Shown here piece by piece: positions 27,293 to 36,542 of a stretch of DNA of 64,000 nucleotides. The stretch is from the NCBI GenBank assembly GCA_048320885.1, contig JBLWFJ010000001.1, positions 1,349,642 through 1,413,641 of the forward strand, given 5' to 3'. The notes beneath the pieces are model-generated. The model saw only the letters and a program-made list of their open reading frames with translations. It searched no databases and was not told where the DNA came from. The stretch is from Nannocystaceae bacterium ST9. GTDB taxonomy: Bacteria > Myxococcota_A > Polyangia > Nannocystales > Nannocystaceae. Positions within the stretch are counted from its first letter, which is position 1. Each line of letters begins with the position of its first letter. A program made the translations under genes and the position numbers.

Positions 27293-29109
27293 CGCTGCGG
27301 ATCAAGCTCTTGCTCGCCCAGCTGCCCATGCTGCTGGCGACCGCGCTGACGATCGCGGTCGCGATGCTGGCCGCGCGTCGCTTGGGCGGCGAGCCGGACG
27401 CGATCATCGAGGAGAACTTTCGCAGCTTCGATGCCGCACGCGCGATGCTCACCGCGCTCGAGCGGATCGACGCCGAGCTGACCCGCGGCGCGCTGGTCGG
27501 TGAGCCGCCCGATCCCGCGAGCGTCGACGCGGCGGTGGCCGAGTTCGAGGCGCCGCTGGCGATTCAGCGGGACAACGTCACCGAGCCCGGCGAGCACGAG
27601 GCGACCGCCGAGCTGGTCGCGGCTTGGCAGCGCTACCGAGCCGAGCTGCCGCTCGAGCCCGGCGCGAGCCTCGAGGATCACCGCGCCCGCTCCGACCAGC
27701 TGCGCGATCGAATCGAGGTGATCTTCGCGATCAACCGCGCTGGCATGCGCAGCAAGGCGGACGCGGCTCGCGTCGAAGCTCGCCGCGAGACGATCGTGAT
27801 CGCGGCGACCGGACTGATCGCGCTGGCCGTCGCGCTGCCCTTCGGCGTCGTCCTGGTCCGTCGACTGCTGCGCCCGGTCAAGGTCATGGCCGCGACCGTG
27901 GCCCGGCTCGCCAGCGGCGACTTCGACGTCCGAGTTCGGCTCGAGGGTCGCGGCGACGACGAGGTCCATCGCTTGGCGCTCGCGTTCAACGAGATGGCCG
28001 AGCGGCTCGGGGCCTATCGCGCCAGCTCGCTCGGTGATCTGCTCGAGGCCAACCTGCGCATGCAGTCGGTCGTCGACAGCCTGCCCGAGGCCGTGCTGGT
28101 CTGCGACACCGCCGGGGTCGTGGTTCAGGCCAATGTTTCGGCGCATCGGCTCTTCGGTGAGCCGACCAGCCTCGCGCGCCTGCCCAGCTCGATCGCCGGC
28201 CCGGTCCGCGCGGTGTTCGATCGCGTGGTCCGAACCGAGCGGGCCAGCGAGTGGGCCGGGATCGCCGACGCGCTGGCCTTCCCGCGCGGGACCGAGGTCG
28301 TGTGGCTGGCCGTCGGCGCGACCCCGGTGCTGCGTGACCAACGGTTGGCCGCGGTCACGCTCGCGCTGCGCGACGTCAGCCAGGCCCGTCGACTCGAGGG
28401 CTTTCGCGGCGACCTGGTCTCGGCCGCCGCCCACGAGCTGCGGACCCCGCTGACCTCGCTGCACATGGCCGTGCATCTGTGCCTGGAGGAGGCCGCCGGC
28501 CCACTCGACGATCGCCAGAAGGATCTGCTGACGGCCGCGCGCTCCGACTGCGAGCGCCTGCAGTCGGTCGTCGACGAGCTCCTCGATCTCGCGCGGGCCG
28601 AGGCCGGCACGATCCGGCTCGAGCTGCGCCCGCTGGTCGTGCAGTCGGTCCTGCACGAGGCGCTCGCCCGCCACGAGCTCGACGCCGAGCGCCAGGGCGT
28701 CACGATCGTCGTGGTCACGCCCGAGGCCGGCCTGCGCGTGCTCGCCGATCGCTCGAGGCTCGCGCAGGTGTTCGACAACCTGATCACCAACGCGCTGCTG
28801 CACGCCGCGGGCGTCCGGCGGATCGAGCTGGGCGCCGAGCAGGTCGGCGAGCGAGTCCACTTCCGGGTCGACGACGACGGCCCCGGCATCCCGCTCGAGC
28901 TTCGGCCCCGCGTGTTCGACAAGTTCGTGCGCGGACCCGCGACCGAGGCCGAGGGCACCGGGCTCGGGCTCAGCATCGTTCGCGATCTCGTGCGAGCGCA
29001 TCGCGGCGAGGTCGGGGTCGACGACGCGGCGATCGGCGGCGCGCGAGTGTGGTTCGAGCTGCCGACCGCCGCGGACGGCGGACCGATCCACGACATGCTC
29101 GCGCCGTGA
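27289..29109 (+). CDS. Sensor histidine kinase (TM sensor, HAMP, PAS, HisKA, HATPase) coupled to kdpD-N
   Basis: 606 aa, N-terminal TM-flanked sensor domain, then AAAHELRTPLTSL H-box, N/G boxes. Confidence 0.8.
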   Translation: MTLRIKLLLAQLPMLLATALTIAVAMLAARRLGGEPDAIIEENFRSFDAARAMLTALERIDAELTRGALVGEPPDPASVDAAVAEFEAPLAIQRDNVTEPGEHEATAELVAAWQRYRAELPLEPGASLEDHRARSDQLRDRIEVIFAINRAGMRSKADAARVEARRETIVIAATGLIALAVALPFGVVLVRRLLRPVKVMAATVARLASGDFDVRVRLEGRGDDEVHRLALAFNEMAERLGAYRASSLGDLLEANLRMQSVVDSLPEAVLVCDTAGVVVQANVSAHRLFGEPTSLARLPSSIAGPVRAVFDRVVRTERASEWAGIADALAFPRGTEVVWLAVGATPVLRDQRLAAVTLALRDVSQARRLEGFRGDLVSAAAHELRTPLTSLHMAVHLCLEEAAGPLDDRQKDLLTAARSDCERLQSVVDELLDLARAEAGTIRLELRPLVVQSVLHEALARHELDAERQGVTIVVVTPEAGLRVLADRSRLAQVFDNLITNALLHAAGVRRIELGAEQVGERVHFRVDDDGPGIPLELRPRVFDKFVRGPATEAEGTGLGLSIVRDLVRAHRGEVGVDDAAIGGARVWFELPTAADGGPIHDMLAP

Positions 29110-29164
29110 TCGTCCGGCCACGGATCCCTTTACGGCGTGCACCTCGCTCAGTAGCCTCGCCCGC

Positions 29165-30514
29165 GTGGACGAGCTCGAGCCGCCGCTGACCAAGACCCAT
29201 CGCGCCGCGCTGGCCATCCACGCCGAAAAACGCCCGGGTCGACTGAAGCTGCGCTTGGTCGACGGGCCGAGCGGGTCGACCGACTTCGAGCTGACCAAGC
29301 CGACGATTCAGGTCGGCCGAAGCCCGATGGCCGACCTCGTGATCGACGAGCGCTCGATCAGCAAGATCCACTTCGAGCTGCGCCTGGCCGGGGGCGGCGT
29401 CGACCTGCGCGACCGCGAGAGCACCAACGGTTGCTGGCTGCAGGGTTGTCGAGTCTTCCACGCGCGCTTGCGGGTCGGCGACTCGTTCCGCGCCGGCGAC
29501 CTCCAGTTCATGATCGTCGGCGTCGACGAGGTCGACGTCGTGGTCACCTTGGCCCCGCGCTGCGGCGCGCTGCAAGGCGCGAGCGTGGTGATGCGCGAGC
29601 TGTTCGCGTCGATCGACGCGCTCTCGCTCGCGCCGCTCGACATCCTGATCCTCGGCGAGACCGGCACCGGCAAGGAGCTGACCGCCCGCACGCTTCATCA
29701 GCTCTCCGAGCGCCGATCCAAGCCCTTCGTGACCCTCGACTGCGGCGCGATCTCGGCCTCGCTCGCCGAGGGCACGCTCTTCGGGTTTCGCAAGGGCGCG
29801 TTCACGGGCGCCGACCATGATCAGCCGGGCGTGTTCGAGGAGGCCAACCGCGGGACCATCTTCCTCGACGAGATCGGCGAGCTCGTGCCCGAGCTGCAAG
29901 TCAAGCTGCTGCGAGTGCTCGAGCGACGCGAGGTCACCCGCATCGGCGAGCCGGCCAAGCCGCGAGCGCTCGACATCCGGGTCGTCGCGGCCACGCATCG
30001 CGACTTGCGGCGCGAGGTGGCCGAGGGCCGCTTCCGCGAGGATCTGTTCTATCGCTTGGCCCGCGGCCTGATCACGCTCCCACCCCTGCGCGAGCGTGGC
30101 GAGGACATCCTCATGCTCGCCGACGATTTCCTGGGCAAGCTGCGCGACGAGTTCGGCCGCGACGTCCGAATGAGCGCCGCGTGCAGGGACGCGATGCTGC
30201 GGCATCCCTGGCCCGGCAACGTCCGCGAGCTGCGGAACTGCATCGAGCAGGCCTTCCACATCAAGCGCTCGGGCGAGCTCGCGGCGAGCGACCTGCGACT
30301 CGGCACCCTGGCGTGGAAGAGCCAAGGCACGTCCGAGCTGGCCGACGCGACCAAGACCTACGCCGACGCCCACGTCGCGCTGGACAAGGTGTTCTTGGCC
30401 AAGGTGCTCGAGAGCACGAGCGGCAACCTCTCGGAGGCGGCCCGCCGACTCGGCCTCAGCCGCGACACGCTGCGAGTCAAGCTGAAGGCCGCTCGGCTCT
30501 ACCCCGACGGCTGA
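29165..30514 (+). CDS. FHA-domain sigma-54-dependent transcriptional activator
   Basis: N-terminal FHA ([26 protein letters not shown]), GETGTGKE Walker A, GAFTGA motif, C-terminal HTH. GTG start. Confidence 0.85.
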   Translation: MDELEPPLTKTHRAALAIHAEKRPGRLKLRLVDGPSGSTDFELTKPTIQVGRSPMADLVIDERSISKIHFELRLAGGGVDLRDRESTNGCWLQGCRVFHARLRVGDSFRAGDLQFMIVGVDEVDVVVTLAPRCGALQGASVVMRELFASIDALSLAPLDILILGETGTGKELTARTLHQLSERRSKPFVTLDCGAISASLAEGTLFGFRKGAFTGADHDQPGVFEEANRGTIFLDEIGELVPELQVKLLRVLERREVTRIGEPAKPRALDIRVVAATHRDLRREVAEGRFREDLFYRLARGLITLPPLRERGEDILMLADDFLGKLRDEFGRDVRMSAACRDAMLRHPWPGNVRELRNCIEQAFHIKRSGELAASDLRLGTLAWKSQGTSELADATKTYADAHVALDKVFLAKVLESTSGNLSEAARRLGLSRDTLRVKLKAARLYPDG

Positions 30515-31265
30515 GGGATTCTCGTCACCTGTCGCGCCGTCATGGTTCCGGCACGATCGTGAGCCAGACATCGACCGGTTCGTGCAACACGTCGACGCGC
30601 CAGACCCCCGAGTGCTCGAAGTCCACGATCGAGTAGTCGTCGACCAGCGTGAAGAACACCGGCTGGCGAACTCGCTCATCGAGGGCCTCTTGCTCGGTCG
30701 CTGGGTTTTCGGCCAGACAGCGCTCGTACCAGATCACCAGCCCCTCGGAGCGCTCCAGCCGGTAGGTCCCGGGCTCGGGCATGTCGATCAGGAAGCTCTG
30801 ATACATGTCCGTGGAGCCGTTGGCCTCGTTCTGATTGGTCTTCTCGTAGGGCCCGAGCGTGGCCTCGTCCTCACAGTCGAACTTCGCCTCGAACACCCAG
30901 CCACCTTCCGCTCGGGCCTCGAGCAGCAGCATGTCGGCGCACTGCCGATGTTGAATCCACATCGCCGGCGACTGGCTCGCGTAGTCCGTCGCCAGCGACG
31001 CTCCATACGCGGACTCCATGGCCGACCAGACGCCCTCGTCGTAGGTCGCGGTCCGGTAGAGCGCCGCAAATTCCTCCGGGCCCAATTGCTCGGCCAGCCA
31101 ACGCGTGAAGTGGCCTGCACGAGAATAGAAGGGGCCGAAGTCGCTCGAGTGGACCTCGGAAAACTCTCGCGGATCGGACAGCGATTCGTTGATCGAAGGC
31201 TCGAAGCTGACGGCGAGGCCCTCGGCCAAGATCGAGGGGGCACCGGTTCGAATCTCGCATGCGAC
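30514..31265. repeat. Segmental direct repeat, copy A (~750 bp)
   Basis: Near-identical to 31840-32590; identity ends at ...ggttcgaatc. Confidence 0.85.
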
Positions 31266-31673
31266 TCCGTGCGCGAGCTCGTGGTATGCGGTCCATGGCG
31301 TCGCGAACACGACCCCGTCGCGGCTGGTACATGCCGCCGCATCGGGGTTGGAGCAGTAGTCTTCGATGTCTTTGATCGCGTAGACCGGCACTCGCCTCTG
31401 AACGTCGATCCCGAGTTGGTCGGCCACGTACTGCACGTGGCGCTCGTAGTCGATCACCGACCCGGCACAGAGGAAGCGGTTTGGACCGATGTGGACATCG
31501 AGGTGCTCGGTCTCGTAGCTCACCGGGAGGTCCGGCACGTCCGAGACGATCTCCTCGAAGTCCAGACAAGTGAGCGGTCCCTCGGGCTCCGGGTCATGAG
31601 TCTCGTTGCATGCCAGGCTCAGCGCTCCCGCCAGTCCAAGGCTGACACGTCGGATGCAGTGGCGTTCGAGCAT
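30540..31673 (-). CDS. Lipoprotein with HExxH motif (putative zinc metallopeptidase-like)
   Basis: Internal Met MLERHCIRRVSLGLAGALSLAC (lipobox) and AYHELAHG. The 3' ~730 bp are duplicated at 31840-32590. Confidence 0.6.
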   Translation of the reverse strand: MLERHCIRRVSLGLAGALSLACNETHDPEPEGPLTCLDFEEIVSDVPDLPVSYETEHLDVHIGPNRFLCAGSVIDYERHVQYVADQLGIDVQRRVPVYAIKDIEDYCSNPDAAACTSRDGVVFATPWTAYHELAHGVACEIRTGAPSILAEGLAVSFEPSINESLSDPREFSEVHSSDFGPFYSRAGHFTRWLAEQLGPEEFAALYRTATYDEGVWSAMESAYGASLATDYASQSPAMWIQHRQCADMLLLEARAEGGWVFEAKFDCEDEATLGPYEKTNQNEANGSTDMYQSFLIDMPEPGTYRLERSEGLVIWYERCLAENPATEQEALDERVRQPVFFTLVDDYSIVDFEHSGVWRVDVLHEPVDVWLTIVPEP

Positions 31674-31839
31674 GACCGCTCCAGTAAAGCACGCCCTTCT
31701 GGGCATCCTCCATCGCCATCCTCACGTCGAACATGCTGCGAGTCGAGCTGAAGCCCGAGGGATTCTTGGTCGGAGGCTGACGAACGACTCGTCGACCTTC
31801 GTTGTTCGGACCAGATGCGCCGCGCGAGCGCCCGAGCGG

Positions 31840-32590
31840 CGAGGGATTTCTCGTCACCTGTCGTGCCGTCATGGTTCTGGCACGATCGTGAACCAGACAT
31901 CGACCGGCGGCCCATGTTCGTGCAACACGTCGACGCGCCAGACCCCCGAGTGCTCGAAGTCCACGATCGAGTAGTCGTCGACCAGCGTGAAGAACACCGG
32001 CTGGCGAACTCGCTCATCGAGGGCCTCTTGCTCGGTCGCTGGGTTTTCGGCCAGACAGCGCTCGTACCAGATCACCAGCCCCTCGGAGCGCTCCAGCCGG
32101 TAGGTCCCGGGCTCGGGCATGTCGATCAGGAAGCTCTGATACATGTCCGTGGAGCCGTTGGCCTCGTTCTGATTGGTCTTCTCGTAGGGCCCGAGCGTGG
32201 CCTCGTCCTCACAGTCGAACTTCGCCTCGAACACCCAGCCACCCTCCGCTCGGGGTTCGAGCAGCGGCATGTCGGCGCACTGCCGATGTTGAATCCACAT
32301 CGCCGGCGATTGGCTCGCGTAGTCCGTCGCCAGCGACGCTCCGTAGGCGGACTCCATCGCCGACCAGACCCCCTCGTCGTAGGTCGCGGTCCGGTAGAGC
32401 GCCGCAAACTCCTCCGGGCCCAATTGCTCGGCCAGCCAACGCGTGAAGTGGCCTGCGCGATCGTAGTAGGGGCTGAATTCGTCCAAATGGACCTCGGAAA
32501 ACTCTCGAGGATCGGACGGCCACTCGTTGATCGAGGGCTCGAAGCTGACGGCGAGGCCCTCCGTCAAGATCGAGGGCGCCCCGGTTCGAA
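31840..32590. repeat. Segmental direct repeat, copy B (~750 bp)
   Basis: Near-identical to 30514-31265. Confidence 0.85.
31869..32590 (-). pseudogene. 5'-truncated duplicate of the HExxH lipoprotein gene (no signal peptide or HExxH)
   Basis: ORF 31869..32771 is identical to gene 30540..31673 from IRTGAPSIL onward. Upstream of the breakpoint the frame reads the antisense of another gene (S/T-rich, atypical composition). Confidence 0.45.
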
Positions 32591-33135
32591 TCGAGCCCTT
32601 CGTGCCGCAGCCCGACCAAGCCTGCGACTCGACGCCCAACATCCCGCTGGTCGACGACGAATCGAGCACGCATGGCATCGCGGCCGCGGGCGCGGTCACG
32701 ATGTTCGGGCCCAACGATGACGCGGTCACCGAGCTCTCGAACATCAGCTTCGAGGTCCGCGAGGTGTTCAAGCGCGACGGCTCGATCGACGTCCACCTCG
32801 CGGGCTTCGACGCCGACGCCGACGAGGGCGGCTACGGCTCGCTCTCGTTCCTCGATCCGCACATCCACCTCGCCGCGCCGGTCAGCGCCCCGCTCGTCGC
32901 CGACACCGTCCGCTTCCCCGCGGGCTCGCTGCGCATGGAGGTCTCCGGCGTGGTCGTCTCGAACGGCGAGGTCGCGTTTGGGGGTCAGCGCTCGTCCGGC
33001 ATCTACGTCAACACCGGCACGGCCACGCTCGCCCGCACGCCGGACGGCGGCTTCGCGTTCGTGGACGCGCCCTTCGAAGCGGGCGGCTACCTGTTCGTGC
33101 TGAACACCGAGCAAGCGAGCGCGCAGGCCGAGTGA
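32590..33135 (+). pseudogene. 5'-truncated remnant of a secreted-protein gene
   Basis: Good coding composition from ...PDQACDSTPNIPLVDDESSTHGIAAAG... to stop 33133-33135, but no start codon; the frame is interrupted by repeat copy B. Confidence 0.4.
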
Positions 33136-33140
33136 GCGAC

Positions 33141-33177
33141 CGGAGACGTCGGCGGCGAGCTGCCGCCGACGTCTCCG
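33141..33177. terminator. Strong bidirectional terminator hairpin between convergent genes
   Basis: cggagacgtcggcggc-gagct-gccgccgacgtctccg, a perfect 16-bp stem. Confidence 0.55.
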
Positions 33178-33183
33178 CATCGA

Positions 33184-34521
33184 TCACTCGCCGGACTCGA
33201 AGCGCTTGAGCCGACGCCAGAGCGTCGAAGGGTTGATCCCGAGGATCTTCGCCGCCTGCTCGCGAGTCTCGCACTCGGCCAGTACGCCGAGGATGTGGCG
33301 CTGCTCGATCGCCGCGAGCGTGGTTCGACTGCCGAGCTCGGGCCCTCGCTCGACCCGGGCGCGCACGCGCTGCGAGAGCTGCTCGGCGGCGATGGTGGGT
33401 CCGCGCGCCAGGACCAGCGCGCGCTCCATCTCGTTGCGAAGCTCGCGGACGTTGCCCGGCCAGGCGTGGCCGCGCAGGGTCGCCTCGGCCTCGTGGCTCA
33501 GGCTCGGCGTCGGTCGATTCGCTCGCATCGCCGCGCGGGCCAGGAAGTGGCGGGCGAGCTCGGGAATGTCGGCCGCTCGCTCGCGCAGCGAAGGGACCTC
33601 GACCTCGATCACGTTGAGCCGGTAGAGCAGGTCGAGGCGCATGCGACCGGCGGCGACCTCGAGGTCGACGTCGCGGTTGGTCGCCGACACGATCCGCAGG
33701 TCGGCCCGCCGCGTCCGCGCCTCGCCGACCCGCTCGAACTCGAAGTCCTGGACGAAGCGCAGCAGCTTGGCCTGCGCGCCGCTGCCGATCTCGGCGATCT
33801 CGTCGAGGAACAAGGTCCCGCCCTCGGCCTCCTCGACGCGGCCGACCTGATCGCGGACCGCCCCGGTGAACGCCCCGCGGACATGACCGAAGAGCTCGCT
33901 GGTCAGCAGCTCGTCGCCGAGCGTCGGGCAGTTGATCGTGACCAGCGGACGCTCGGCTCGCGCGCTGCCGCGGTGAAGCAGGCGAGCGAGCACGCCCTTG
34001 CCGGTCCCGCTCTCGCCTCGCAGCAGCACGGGCGCGTCGCTGCTCGCGGCTTGCCGGATCGTATCGATCGCCGCCTGCATCGCGGCCGAGTGGGTGTGCA
34101 GCAGGACCTGGTCGGGATCGCCGGCCTCGGCTCGCCCGCCGACGTCGAGGACGTCGAGCTCGACGCGCGCTCGCTCGACGACCTCGCGGACCTGCGCCGG
34201 CGTGAAGGGCTTGGCCAGGTAGTCGCGCGCGCCTCGACGGATCGCCTCGACCGCGGTCGCGATGCTCGCGTAGGCCGTGATCAGCACGGCGTAGAGCTGC
34301 GGGTGATCGTGCACGAGCGAGGCGGTCAGCGCGATCCCGTCGTCGCAGCCGAGCCGGAGATCGACGAACGCGAGATCGAAGGCCTTGCTCTGCGCGGCCG
34401 CTTGCGCCTCGGCGGCACTGGCCGCGCGATGGACCGCGCAGCCGATCGCCTCAAGGCACATCCCGAGCGTCGCGCGAATGTTGGGCTCGTCGTCGACGAC
34501 CAGCACCCGAAGCCCGCTCAT
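33184..34521 (-). CDS. Sigma-54-dependent response regulator (NtrC family)
   Basis: Receiver domain (VLVVDDEPNIR...DLAFVDLRLG), GESGTGKG, GAFTGA, C-terminal HTH. Start overlaps the ptsN stop (ATGA). Confidence 0.85.
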   Translation of the reverse strand: MSGLRVLVVDDEPNIRATLGMCLEAIGCAVHRAASAAEAQAAAQSKAFDLAFVDLRLGCDDGIALTASLVHDHPQLYAVLITAYASIATAVEAIRRGARDYLAKPFTPAQVREVVERARVELDVLDVGGRAEAGDPDQVLLHTHSAAMQAAIDTIRQAASSDAPVLLRGESGTGKGVLARLLHRGSARAERPLVTINCPTLGDELLTSELFGHVRGAFTGAVRDQVGRVEEAEGGTLFLDEIAEIGSGAQAKLLRFVQDFEFERVGEARTRRADLRIVSATNRDVDLEVAAGRMRLDLLYRLNVIEVEVPSLRERAADIPELARHFLARAAMRANRPTPSLSHEAEATLRGHAWPGNVRELRNEMERALVLARGPTIAAEQLSQRVRARVERGPELGSRTTLAAIEQRHILGVLAECETREQAAKILGINPSTLWRRLKRFESGE

Positions 34522-34997
34522 GCCTCGCCTCGCAAGATCGCGAGCACTTCGCTCGCTCGCTCGGCCGCCGAGATCCGATCGATCGTGCTCGGATCGGCGA
34601 ACCAGCGGCTCACGCTCGCCAGCGCCCGCAGGTGCTCGCTGGGCTGCATCGACGAGACCAGCGCGACGAACACTCGGACCGGCCGATCGTCGGGGGCCCC
34701 GAACGCGATCCCCTGCGCCGCGATCCCGAGCACCGCTCGCGACCCGGTGATCTCGGCCTTGGTGTGCGGCAACGCCAGTCCGCGACCGATCGCCGTCGAG
34801 CCCAACGCCTCGCGCTCGCGCAGCCCGCTCGCGAGCTTCGCCGACGACAGCCCGGTCTGCTCGGCCAGCGCGAGCGCGAGCTCGCCGAGCACCTCGTCGG
34901 CCTCGCGTGCGCGCAGCGTCACGATCGCGGATTCGCCGGAGAGCAGGTCGTCGATCGGCACGCCGGCGATATAGCCAGGGTCGGGCCGCGAGGGCAT
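34518..34997 (-). CDS. ptsN: PTS EIIA(Ntr)-type nitrogen regulatory protein, copy 1
   Basis: LREREALGSTAIGRGLALPHTK (EIIA-Ntr His motif). Confidence 0.7.
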   Translation of the reverse strand: MPSRPDPGYIAGVPIDDLLSGESAIVTLRAREADEVLGELALALAEQTGLSSAKLASGLREREALGSTAIGRGLALPHTKAEITGSRAVLGIAAQGIAFGAPDDRPVRVFVALVSSMQPSEHLRALASVSRWFADPSTIDRISAAERASEVLAILRGEA

Positions 34998-35024
34998 CAA
35001 GAAGCCATAAAGAGGCGCGGCGGT

Positions 35025-35486
35025 TCAGGCCTCGCCGCGCAGGATCGCCAGCACGCTCGCCGGCTGCCCGGCGGCGGCGACGACTCGATCGATCACGCGC
35101 GGATCGACGAAGCTCCGGCCGACCGTCGCCAGCGCCCGCAGGTGCTCGTTGGGCTGGGTCGACGAGATCAACGCGACGAACACACGCACCGGCCGATCGT
35201 CGAGCGCCGCGAACGAGATCCCCTCGGGCGCGATGCCCAGCACGCCTCGCGATCCGCTGATCTCGGCGGCCTTGGCATGCGGCAGCGCGAGCCCGTGGCC
35301 GAGCCCGGTCGAGCCCAGCGCCTCGCGCTCGCGCAGCCCGGCTTCGATCGCGATCGCCGAGAGCCCGGTCTCACGGGCGAGCGCGAGAGCCAGCTCGGCG
35401 AGCACCTCGTCGGCGCTGCGGGCCGCGAGCATCACGATCGCGGACTCCCCGGACAGGATGTCGTCGAGCGGCACGGCCGAGCTCAC
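35025..35486 (-). CDS. ptsN: PTS EIIA(Ntr)-type protein, tandem paralog copy 2
   Basis: LREREALGSTGLGHGLALPHAK. GTG start overlaps the upstream stop (GTGA 35483-35486). The remainder of the listed ORF 35025..36845 is spurious. Confidence 0.6.
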   Translation of the reverse strand: MSSAVPLDDILSGESAIVMLAARSADEVLAELALALARETGLSAIAIEAGLREREALGSTGLGHGLALPHAKAAEISGSRGVLGIAPEGISFAALDDRPVRVFVALISSTQPNEHLRALATVGRSFVDPRVIDRVVAAAGQPASVLAILRGEA

Positions 35487-36295
35487 TTCTTTTTCTTCTT
35501 CGCCTTCTTCTTCTGGAATTTCTTGGCGTGCGCGACGTTGCGGTTGGCCTTCTCGATCACCCGGCCGTCTTGCTGCATGCGCTGCGGGGCCTCGCCGACC
35601 TCTTGGATCAGCTGGCCCTCGGCGAGCTGAAGCAGCTGGAGCTGGCTGGCGTAGGCGAAGGGCGAGAGCCCGAGCGCCATCCGGCGATCGAGCTGGGTCA
35701 GCGCGACCTGGGCCCGGATCGGGATGCGGATGTTGACGACCTGGACCTCGGCGTGGCGCTCGTGACGAGGATCGGCCAGCGCCTTGTCGCCGCGGGTGAA
35801 GTGCTGCCGGCAACACGAGGGCCGGACCTCCCAGATCCGACAGCGCCCCTTGGCCTGATCGAGGAAGGGGCAGGGCAGGCCGCGCTCGGCGAACTGCTTG
35901 CGACCGAGGCCGGCGGCCTTGCTGGTCATGCGGATCTTCTCGGGATCCTTGCCGGTGTGCAGCGCCTGGATGTCCTTGAACTGCTGCTCGCCGAGCTCGC
36001 CGAGCTTCTGAGCGACCTGCGGAAAGTCCTTCCAGGTTCGGATGGTCCGGTAGATCAGCAGCGACTCGGGGCCGCTGACGCCGAAGGGCCCGGCGAAGCA
36101 GGCACCCTTGCCCTCGGGGGTCCCGGCCGCCGCAGCGTCGTCGAGCCCGAGGCTGGCGCGGACCGACTCGATGTAGCGGTCGTGCGCGGCGTGAAAGGTT
36201 TCGACCTGCTCGAAGAACCCCTTGGGCAGACGCTTGAGCTTGCTGACGTCGGCGATCCCCGGCAGCCCGGCGAGCACGTCGACCGCCTTCTGCAT
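35483..36295 (-). CDS. YkgJ-family (CxxCxxCC zinc/iron-chelating domain) protein with C-terminal poly-lysine tail
   Basis: CPFLDQAKGRCRIWEVRPSCCRQHF matches PF03692-type motifs; C-terminus KKFQKKKAKKKKK. Start assigned at MQKAVD (ATG complement 36293-36295); it could lie further upstream. Confidence 0.5.
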   Translation of the reverse strand: MQKAVDVLAGLPGIADVSKLKRLPKGFFEQVETFHAAHDRYIESVRASLGLDDAAAAGTPEGKGACFAGPFGVSGPESLLIYRTIRTWKDFPQVAQKLGELGEQQFKDIQALHTGKDPEKIRMTSKAAGLGRKQFAERGLPCPFLDQAKGRCRIWEVRPSCCRQHFTRGDKALADPRHERHAEVQVVNIRIPIRAQVALTQLDRRMALGLSPFAYASQLQLLQLAEGQLIQEVGEAPQRMQQDGRVIEKANRNVAHAKKFQKKKAKKKKK

Positions 36296-36542
36296 GGCGG
36301 CGGTGTGCGGCTGGGCGGCCTTGCGTGCGGCACGAGGGATTCGCGTGACCCGGTCGCGCGGCAGCTTGATGCGCGAACCGAACAGGGCGGCGAGGAAGTC
36401 GAGCACGGCGGCTCGGCTTGTAGCAGGCGCCCGCGAGACCCGAAAGCAGCGCGGGCGAAGTGAGCGAAGGCCCCCGCGAGCCCGGTCGGGGACGGCTTGC
36501 GTGGTGTTGATACCGCCGGCTGCGCAAGTCATCCTCGCGGCC

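Noticed and set aside
21470-29298. ORFs 21470..23497(-), 22633..25572(+) 5' part, 24717..26153(+) 5' part, 25775..27292(+) 5' part, 26770..29298(-), 26980..29109(+) 5' part
   Set aside because: The kdp genes fit perfectly in other frames with ATGA coupling. These are antisense, or 5' over-extensions of real genes into upstream genes.
31240-31262. GGTTCGAATC motif (tRNA T-loop-like) at the duplication breakpoints (also 32580-32590)
   Set aside because: The flanking bases do not form a T-stem or any cloverleaf, so this is not a tRNA. It is noted only as a breakpoint-associated motif.
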